A stretch of 13,698 nucleotides of DNA from Lysobacteraceae bacterium (GTDB taxonomy: Bacteria; Pseudomonadota; Gammaproteobacteria; Xanthomonadales; Xanthomonadaceae), in assembly GCA_027483045.1 (NCBI GenBank), contig JAIXVL010000121.1:1-13698 (forward strand). The letters run 5' to 3'. The position numbers were made by a program, and so were the translations under genes. Of this stretch, positions 7,368 through 13,698 are shown piece by piece (the stretch's first letter is position 1; every line of letters begins with the position of its first letter). A model generated the notes under the pieces. The model was not told the DNA's origin. It did no database searches and saw nothing but the letters and a program-made list of their open reading frames with translations.

Positions 7368-8465
7368 TCAATTCGTTGGGTTCGCCAGTAAACGCTCGCC
7401 TTCACCTGATGAGCGCTGCGACTGCCGCCAAGCGCTCGGCACGCAGCCCATCGCCGCCTTGAAGGCACGATTGAAGGGCCCGAGCGAGGCGAAGCCACAT
7501 TCACCGCTGATCTCCAGCACCGAGCGCGACGGATGCGCCAGAAGCAACCGGCAGGCGTGTTCGATGCGGTAGCGGTTGACCAGCTGGTTGAAGTTGCGCT
7601 CGCCCAACCCGTGGGTGATTGCGCGGCTGACCTTGTGCTCAACGCTCCCCACCGCTGCGGCCAGGTCGGCCACCTTCAGTTCGGGCTCGCGGTACAACGC
7701 GCGCCGCTCAAGCGCATCGCGGATGGCTGCCGCCAGCGTCAGGTCTTCATCACTTGGCAGGCGTAGTTCGCGCCCGGCGTCCGCGTGTGTGCCGGCTTCC
7801 ACGCCAGTCGCCGCCTCGGCCACCACGGGCCAAGGCTGGCGCCGGCGAAAGCGCAGCACGATGTGGGTGAAAACGACGATGGCTGACGCACAGGACAGCA
7901 CCACGAAGCGGTGCATTGGCGCCCACTCTGGGTTGGCATGGGCGATCGCGCCCGAAACGGTTCCGCCGACAAGGCACCCGCCATAAACCACCATGAAGGC
8001 GACGCGCACCCGGCGCTCGCCGGGCGGCAGGGTGGCCCAGCCGCGCAGCGCTTCAATGAAGGCCAGCACCAGCACGGTCGAGCTCGCCAGTGTGAGCAGA
8101 TCGCCGAGCACACTCATGCTTCCGCTCGCGCCCGCAGCCTCGGCGGCCCGGTACAGCACGATCAGAGCAGCGATGCCGGCGGCGGCGGCCAGGTGCACCC
8201 GCCCCACTCCGCCGTCTCCGCGAAACAGTGCTCGAGCGACGAGCCAGTAAACGTTGCACGTGGCGCATGCGCCCAGCGTCACCAAAGCAGTGATGACCAC
8301 AGGCACTTCGCCCATGCCGGGCCGCAGCATCGCCATCGCCATCGAACCGCAGAACACCGCGAACAGCAGCTCTGCGTCGGTCTTGCGGCGCCAGCCCAGC
8401 AAAGCCAGCACCGAGACCATGGCCAAGCCCACCACGCCCCAGGTCATGCCCTCTACTGCGGTCAT
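7368..8465 (-). CDS. AraC/XylS-family transcriptional regulator with an N-terminal polytopic membrane domain (~6 predicted TM helices), 365 aa
   Basis: The C-terminal ~100 aa carry the AraC HTH pair (LKVADLAAAVGSVEHKVSRAITHGLG...; SVLEISGECGFASLGPFNRAFKAAMGCVPSAWR). The N-terminal 200 aa consist of hydrophobic stretches (VVGLAMVSVLALLGW; VVITALVTLGACATCNVYWLV; LAAAAGIAALIVLY; VLGDLLTLASSTVLVLAFI; VAFMVVYGGCLVGGTVSGAI; FVVLSCASAIVVFTHIVL). ATG at 8463-8465. Confidence 0.85.
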   Translation of the reverse strand: MTAVEGMTWGVVGLAMVSVLALLGWRRKTDAELLFAVFCGSMAMAMLRPGMGEVPVVITALVTLGACATCNVYWLVARALFRGDGGVGRVHLAAAAGIAALIVLYRAAEAAGASGSMSVLGDLLTLASSTVLVLAFIEALRGWATLPPGERRVRVAFMVVYGGCLVGGTVSGAIAHANPEWAPMHRFVVLSCASAIVVFTHIVLRFRRRQPWPVVAEAATGVEAGTHADAGRELRLPSDEDLTLAAAIRDALERRALYREPELKVADLAAAVGSVEHKVSRAITHGLGERNFNQLVNRYRIEHACRLLLAHPSRSVLEISGECGFASLGPFNRAFKAAMGCVPSAWRQSQRSSGEGERLLANPTN

Positions 8466-8620
8466 TGCTTCCCCACGTCACTCTCTCAAGACGTCTTCAT
8501 CATCGCCGGGACTGTTCGAGGCCACCACTGCCGTCGGTCACGCTCGCCGATTTCCGATCCGGCGAGACACTGCCGTTTTCCATTCGGCAAGGTCAGCGCT
8601 CCTCAGCCCGGAGCCTTGCC

Positions 8621-9418
8621 ATGTCCGACACCCTCGCCCTAGCCCGAAAGCGGCTATCCACCGCAGCCACTGCTTGGTTCTTCACCGCGGCCGCCGGACA
8701 GTGGGCCTTCATCGCCTTCATCGTCCTGTACTTCACGCCGCCCCTGTTGCACGGCGATCCGCTGGCGATGAACAGCAAGCCGCACATTAGCGGCTGGGTG
8801 CCGGGCGATAACGCCGGCAACCTGCAGTTCGTGATGCACGTCTTCCTCGGCGCGCTGGTCACCCTGAGCGGCCTGGTGCAACTGGTCCCGGCCATCCGCC
8901 GGCGCTGGCCGGCCGTGCACCGCTGGAACGGCCGCCTGTTCATGGTCACGGCGCTGGTGGCGAGCCTTACCGGCTTCTATCTGACGTGGGTTCGCGGCTC
9001 TCAGCTCAACCTGCCGAGCGCGCTCTCAACCAGCCTCAACAGCGCGCTGATCTTGGTTTTCGTGGCGCTGGCCTGGCGCAATGCTTGGCAGCGCGACTTC
9101 GCCGCCCACCGCCGGAACGCGTTGCGCGCATGGGTGCTCGTGAACGGCGTCTGGTTCCTGCGCATCGGCATCATCATCGCGGGGCTGGCGCTCGCGCCGC
9201 TGGGCGCGAGTTTCAGCTACGACGGCGTCGTATTCCTCGGTGTGAGCTTTGCGAGTTGGATCGTGCCGCTTGCGCTGCTGCAGCTCTACCTCGTCGCCGA
9301 GCGCTCGACGCGGCCTGCCTTGCCCCATGCGGTGGCCGTGCTCTTCTATGCGCTGGCCGTGCTGACCGCCGCGGGCGGAGCGGCCGCCGCTGCCTTCATG
9401 TGGTGGCCCTACCTGTAG
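8621..9418 (+). CDS. Integral membrane protein with ~6 TM helices and conserved His/Arg residues (DUF2306-like; name unverified), 265 aa
   Basis: ATG at 8621 with GGAG 8 nt upstream (ccGGAGccttgccATG). The tool's ORF from 8465 has no upstream Met. Hydrophobic helices alternate with short loops that carry HGD, H-x-F, HRWNGR and HRRN motifs. The gene is divergent from the membrane AraC gene. Confidence 0.75.
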   Translation: MSDTLALARKRLSTAATAWFFTAAAGQWAFIAFIVLYFTPPLLHGDPLAMNSKPHISGWVPGDNAGNLQFVMHVFLGALVTLSGLVQLVPAIRRRWPAVHRWNGRLFMVTALVASLTGFYLTWVRGSQLNLPSALSTSLNSALILVFVALAWRNAWQRDFAAHRRNALRAWVLVNGVWFLRIGIIIAGLALAPLGASFSYDGVVFLGVSFASWIVPLALLQLYLVAERSTRPALPHAVAVLFYALAVLTAAGGAAAAAFMWWPYL

Positions 9419-9488
9419 CGCCACCCACTTGCAGTGATCGCCGGTTTTGTGCGGAAGATGCAGGCCAAATTCTCACGGGATATTGCCC

Positions 9489-12400
9489 ATGCCTTGCCGC
9501 TCTGCCTCCCGCCTGCGGCTCGCCGCCGTGCTCGCACTGCTCAGCCTGCCTGCATGGGCCGCGACCACTCCAGCGCAGCCCGGCTACTACCGCTTTCCCG
9601 CAGTGCACGGGCAAACCGCCGTGTTCACTGCCGAAGGTGATTTGTGGACGGTGCCGCTCACGGGCGGCGAAGCACGCAGGCTGACCACGCACATCGGCCA
9701 AGAAACCCAATCCGCGGTGTCGCCCGACGGCGCGCAGGTGGCGTTCGTGGCGCAGTACGAAGGCCCGGGCGATGTGTACGTGATGCCCATCGAGGGCGGC
9801 TTGCCCAAGCGCCTCAGCTTTGATGGTGGGCGCGTGGATGTTCATGGCTGGTCGCCGAAAGGCGAAGTGGTCTACAGCAGCGAAGACCTTGTTGGCCCCA
9901 CAGCGCGCCGCGTGCTGCGCTTGGTGAATCCAGCCACCTTGGCCACGCGCGAACTGCCTCTGCACGACGCCCAGCAGGCCGCATTCGATGATCGCGGCCG
10001 CGTTCTGTTTACGCGCTTCGGTGCGCACATCAATGCCGATAACGCGCGTGGCTATCGCGGTGGTGCGATGGGGCAACTGTGGCTGTTCGACCCGGCCACC
10101 GATGCAGAAGCACGCCGTTTGGGCACCGATGCCGATGGCGCCATGCACAGCCCCATGTGGGTGAACGGGCGCTGGACCTTCGTGAGCAACCGCGACGGCA
10201 CCGACAACCTGTGGTCGATGGATGCCGAAGGTGGCGATGCGCGCCAGCTCACGCGGCATGCCCCGTGGGACGTGCGCTCACCGCGTAGTGACGGCACACG
10301 CATCGTGTATCAACTGGGCGCGGATCTTCGCCAACTGGAACCCACCACGGGCAGCGATAGCGCACTGAAGGTCGCGCTGGTCTCCGACTTTGAGCGTCGC
10401 CGCGAACGCTGGCTGGAGCGCCCGCTGCGCTTTCTGGAAAGCGCCAATTTGGCCGCACAAGGTGATCGCTTTGCCTTGACGGTGCGCGGGGGCATCACCC
10501 TGGCGGGCCCCGGCCCGCGCCGCCGCGTGGACATTGCGACACCGCCCGAGCATCGCGCTCGCGCCGCCGTGCTTTCGGCCGATGGCCGCTGGGTGTACGC
10601 CATTGCCGACACCAATGGCCGTCCCGAAATCTGGCGCTACGCGGCCGACGGCAGCAGCGAAGCCAACGCACTCACCACCGATGGCACGCAGCATCGCTGG
10701 CGTTTGTTCCCTTCGCCCGATGGGCGCTACTTGGCGCACACCGACAAGACTGGCGCGCTCTCACTGCTTAATCTGAGCAACAGCCAAAACACGGTCATCG
10801 ATCGCAGCACCTGGGGCGGTGACGACGCCTTCAGCGATGTGGTGTGGTCGCCGGATAGCAAAGCGCTGGTCTTCGCCCGCCCGAACACGCGTTCTGCACG
10901 TGAGCAATTGCTGCTGCACCGCATCGGAACCGCAGGCGCCACAGTGCTCACCAGCGATCGTTACGTGTCGCACTCGCCCGCGTTCTCGCCCGATGGGCGC
11001 TGGCTGTACTTCCTTTCCGACCGTGCCTTTGTGGCCTGGCCTTCCGGCCCCTGGGGCGACCGCAATACCGGCCCCGGCTTTGATCGTCGCGCCAAGGTCT
11101 ATGCCTTGGCCCTGCAGCCCGGCAATCGCTTTCCGTTTGCGCCACCCGATGAACTCACGCCGCCCACCGCCACACCGCCCAAGGGCGAAGACGGCGGCGC
11201 TTCCGAAGGCAGCAGCACGCCGCCCATCGTGATGGAAGGTTTGGCGCAGCGCCTGTTCGAAGCCGCAGTGCCGCCCGGCAACTACAACAGCCTGCAAGTG
11301 GATAGCGAGCGCCTTTACTTGCTCGACCGCGAAGGCATTCGCGGCATTCTCAAAACCGTAGCGATTGGAAACAAAGGTGCCTTGCCTGAAGTGTTCGCGG
11401 GCGACGTGCGCAGCTTCGACATCAGCCCCGACCGCAAGCGTGTGGGTATTGTGCAGCGCCAAGGCGAAGGCGACCCCACCCTGCTCATCGTGGATGCCGG
11501 CGCAAAGCTGCCCACCGAAATGGCGAACAGCGTGGTGCGCGTAGCCGACTGGCGCCTGCCCATCGACCCGCCGCGCGAGTGGGAGCAGATGTTTGTCGAT
11601 GCGTGGCGCATGCACCGCGACTTCAGCTTCGACCCGACCATGCGTGGCCTCGATTGGAACGCGGTGCGCCAGCAGTACGAGCCTCTGCTTCCACGCGTCA
11701 CCGACCGCGCCGAACTGGATGATCTGTTGGCGCAGATGATTGCGCCGCTCGGCCTGCTGCATTCGCAGGTGCGCGGTAGCGAGATACCCGTCGACACCGA
11801 ATCGGCCGCGCCTGCGCTGCTCGGCGCCGCGTTGGAGCAAACCGCCGAAGGCCTGCGCATTGCCCGCATCTATCGCAGCGATGCCGAACTGCCCAGCGAG
11901 CGCTCACCGCTGGCGCAGCCAGGCGTGGACGCGCGCGACGGCGATCGCATCGAAACCGTCAACGGCAAAACTGTGCGCCATGCCGGCGAGCTTGCGGCTG
12001 CCCTGCACCACCAAGCCGGACAGCAGGTGCTTCTTGGTCTTCGCCGCGCTGGCGCAGAAGTGAAAACAGTGGTCGTGCCCGTCGACCCCATGCGCAACAC
12101 CACCCTGCGCTACGGCGATTGGGTGCAGGGCCGCATGGCAGAAGTTGAGCGCGTGGGAGAAGGCCGCATCGGCTACCTGCATCTGCGCGCCATGGGCCCC
12201 AACGACATCGCCAGCTTTGTGCGCGACTTCTACGCCAACGTGGAGCGCAAGGGTTTGATCATCGATGTGCGCCGTAACCGCGGTGGCAACATCGATTCTT
12301 GGATCATCGAAAAACTGCTGCGCCGCACTTGGGCGTTCTGGCAACCGCCGGGGCAGCCGCCGTACTGGAACATGCAGCAAAGCTTCCGTGGGCATCTAGT

Positions 12401-12797
12401 GGTGTTGGCCGATGCGCTGACTTACTCCGACGGCGAAACCTTCGCTGCAGGCGTGAAAGCCCTAAACCTTGGCCCCGTGGTGGGCACGCGCACCAGCGGC
12501 GCGGGCATCTGGCTTTCTGATCGCAACCGCTTGGTGGATGGCGGCACCGCGCGCATCGCCGAGTTCGGTCAGTTCGGTGCCGATGGCCGCTGGCTGATTG
12601 AAGGCCGCGGCGTCAGCCCCGATGTGGAAGTAGACAACTTGCCGCGCGAGTCTTATGCAGGCCGCGACCGACAGCTCGAAACTGCGCTGAAGATGCTGGA
12701 AGACAAGTTGAAGGAATCGCCGGTGGTGCAGCCACCTGCGCAGCGCATTCCGCCGCCCGATCAGCCGGGGCAGGATGTGGCCCCGCTTGCGCGCTAA
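9489..12797 (+). CDS. Tricorn protease homologue / S41-family peptidase with N-terminal PD40 (TolB-like) beta-propellers and a PDZ domain. It carries a Sec signal peptide, about 1,100 aa.
   Basis: The signal peptide is MPCRSASRLRLAAVLALLSLPAWA|ATTP. Repeated PD40 motifs appear (SPDGAQVAF, SPDGRYLAH, SPDSKALVF, SPDGRWLYF, SPDRKRVG). A PDZ-like region is VDARDGDRIETVNGKTVRHAGELAAAL. The S41 catalytic region is GYLHLRAMG...IIDVRRNRGGN...ALTYSDGETFAAG...GTRTSGAG. The tool's ORF starts at TTG 9447. I prefer the ATG at 9489, which gives a canonical signal peptide. Confidence 0.9.
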   Translation: MPCRSASRLRLAAVLALLSLPAWAATTPAQPGYYRFPAVHGQTAVFTAEGDLWTVPLTGGEARRLTTHIGQETQSAVSPDGAQVAFVAQYEGPGDVYVMPIEGGLPKRLSFDGGRVDVHGWSPKGEVVYSSEDLVGPTARRVLRLVNPATLATRELPLHDAQQAAFDDRGRVLFTRFGAHINADNARGYRGGAMGQLWLFDPATDAEARRLGTDADGAMHSPMWVNGRWTFVSNRDGTDNLWSMDAEGGDARQLTRHAPWDVRSPRSDGTRIVYQLGADLRQLEPTTGSDSALKVALVSDFERRRERWLERPLRFLESANLAAQGDRFALTVRGGITLAGPGPRRRVDIATPPEHRARAAVLSADGRWVYAIADTNGRPEIWRYAADGSSEANALTTDGTQHRWRLFPSPDGRYLAHTDKTGALSLLNLSNSQNTVIDRSTWGGDDAFSDVVWSPDSKALVFARPNTRSAREQLLLHRIGTAGATVLTSDRYVSHSPAFSPDGRWLYFLSDRAFVAWPSGPWGDRNTGPGFDRRAKVYALALQPGNRFPFAPPDELTPPTATPPKGEDGGASEGSSTPPIVMEGLAQRLFEAAVPPGNYNSLQVDSERLYLLDREGIRGILKTVAIGNKGALPEVFAGDVRSFDISPDRKRVGIVQRQGEGDPTLLIVDAGAKLPTEMANSVVRVADWRLPIDPPREWEQMFVDAWRMHRDFSFDPTMRGLDWNAVRQQYEPLLPRVTDRAELDDLLAQMIAPLGLLHSQVRGSEIPVDTESAAPALLGAALEQTAEGLRIARIYRSDAELPSERSPLAQPGVDARDGDRIETVNGKTVRHAGELAAALHHQAGQQVLLGLRRAGAEVKTVVVPVDPMRNTTLRYGDWVQGRMAEVERVGEGRIGYLHLRAMGPNDIASFVRDFYANVERKGLIIDVRRNRGGNIDSWIIEKLLRRTWAFWQPPGQPPYWNMQQSFRGHLVVLADALTYSDGETFAAGVKALNLGPVVGTRTSGAGIWLSDRNRLVDGGTARIAEFGQFGADGRWLIEGRGVSPDVEVDNLPRESYAGRDRQLETALKMLEDKLKESPVVQPPAQRIPPPDQPGQDVAPLAR

Positions 12798-12818
12798 AGG
12801 CTTGCGCGTGGGTTTGCT

Positions 12819-13676
12819 TTAGCCCACCGCAGCCATTTGCACCAAGGCCTCGTTGCGAAACTCGCGCGGCGACAAACCTGTGACTTTCTTGAAGGCCTTC
12901 GAGAACACAAAGGGGTCGGTGTACCCCACCGTGTTCGCGATGCCCAAGACGGACGTACGGCTATCGCTCAACAGGCCCATGGCGCGCTGCACACGCAGCC
13001 GCCGCAGATAGCCCAAGGGGCTTTCGCCCACTACCGACTTGAACTTCGCAGCAAAGGCCGAGCGCGAAAGGCCCGCCACTTCGGCCAAAGCTTCCAGCGA
13101 CCACTCGTGCTCGGGTTGCGCATGCATGTGCTCCATCGCCTTGCGAACGTGCACCGAGCGTTGCGCTGCGGCGAGCGACAAAGGCTGCGCACCCTCGCCT
13201 TCCAAAATGCGGCGCAATACCTGCACAAACGCGGCTTCGATCAGGCCTTGAATGGCTGCCTCGCTGCCCAAGGCTGCGTGGCGTTGTTCGTGGCGGAGTA
13301 GATCGGCAATTTGCAGCAGCAAGGTGCTGCTCGATTGCTGCGCGCGGGGCACCACGCGCCACTGGGGCAGCTCCCGAAACAACGGATGCACCGGCGAATG
13401 CGGCAGCAAGTAAGCCGCACTCATCACCACCGCGGGCGTTTCGGCTTGCAGTTCGTGGTGGCAGCCGCGGGTCATTAACGCGACATCGCCCGCTGCGAGC
13501 CGGATGGGCTCGCCGCCCGCGCTCGGCACCACCGTGATCTCGCCTTCCAGCACCAAATGGAAGCCGAAACTGCGCCCGCAGGGAAAGCGGCGCGACTCGC
13601 CCGCAGCGAAAGGGCCCAGATCGAGCACCCGCTGCTGAAGGCCGGATTGGCGAAGAAGGTCGGTGAGCAGGTCCAT
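12819..13676 (-). CDS. AraC-family transcriptional regulator with an N-terminal cupin (AraC-binding-like) domain, ~285 aa. The true start could lie beyond the right edge.
   Basis: The C-terminal HTH_18 region is LEALAEVAGLSRSAFAAKFKSVVGESPLGYLRRLRVQRAMGLL...LGIANTVGYTDPFVFSKAFKKVTGLSPREF. The N-terminal beta-rich region is GFHLVLEGEITVVPSAGGEPIRLAAGDVALM...HHEL. The ORF is open to the window edge. The first ATG (MDLLTDLL) is at 13674-13676. Confidence 0.8.
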   Translation of the reverse strand: MDLLTDLLRQSGLQQRVLDLGPFAAGESRRFPCGRSFGFHLVLEGEITVVPSAGGEPIRLAAGDVALMTRGCHHELQAETPAVVMSAAYLLPHSPVHPLFRELPQWRVVPRAQQSSSTLLLQIADLLRHEQRHAALGSEAAIQGLIEAAFVQVLRRILEGEGAQPLSLAAAQRSVHVRKAMEHMHAQPEHEWSLEALAEVAGLSRSAFAAKFKSVVGESPLGYLRRLRVQRAMGLLSDSRTSVLGIANTVGYTDPFVFSKAFKKVTGLSPREFRNEALVQMAAVG

Positions 13677-13698
13677 GAGCGGTCGATGCCAGAGCAAG

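Noticed and set aside
9447-9488. TTG start for the tricorn protease (N-terminal MCGRCRPNSHGILP)
   Set aside because: The ATG at 9489 produces a canonical Sec signal peptide directly. The TTG extension is Cys/Arg-rich and unlike any signal or N-terminal domain.
10761-11840. 359-aa minus-strand ORF and the 9396..10259 minus ORF inside the tricorn protease gene
   Set aside because: These are antisense to a 1,100-aa gene with clear domain structure. Their composition (Arg/Ala/Gly/His runs) is that of GC-rich antisense artefacts.

Overview
This is a GC-rich (~60-70%) chromosomal segment that looks proteobacterial (Burkholderiales-like composition is a guess). It carries 14 protein-coding genes and no rRNA, tRNA, CRISPR or mobile-element signatures. 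From left to right, with calls read from the translations:
(1) A formaldehyde-detoxification module on the minus strand: the 5' part of frmA (S-(hydroxymethyl)glutathione dehydrogenase, class III ADH) is preceded by a 91-aa FrmR repressor that starts MPHSPEEKK. A textbook RcnR/FrmR-type operator (ATACT-G7-AGTAT) lies in its promoter.
(2) A divergent plus-strand trio: a small DUF3297-like protein and two tandem class I SAM-dependent methyltransferases.
(3) A minus-strand operon, RIO1-like protein kinase -> M14/AstE-AspA-like zinc carboxypeptidase or deacylase -> flotillin/SPFH (YqiK-like). The flotillin gene is distinctly lower in GC and has a pyrimidine-rich leader with no Shine-Dalgarno (SD) sequence.
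(4) Divergent from the kinase, an S4-domain RsuA/RluB-family rRNA pseudouridine synthase.
(5) A membrane-anchored AraC-family regulator followed by a ~185-aa conserved hypothetical. Divergent from these are a His-rich polytopic membrane protein (DUF2306-like) and a 1,100-aa secreted tricorn-protease homologue (PD40 beta-propellers + PDZ + S41 peptidase).
(6) A cupin-type AraC regulator at the right edge.
The most unusual item is the kinase-peptidase-flotillin operon placed back-to-back with an rRNA pseudouridine synthase. This association is not a named system as far as I can recall, and it is the best candidate for an undescribed module. The other findings are regulatory architectures: the FrmR operator, and a direct-repeat/inverted-repeat/direct-repeat (DR-IR-DR) element between the membrane-AraC gene and the DUF2306/tricorn genes.
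All functional calls rest on motif-level recognition in the translations. No database searches were run.
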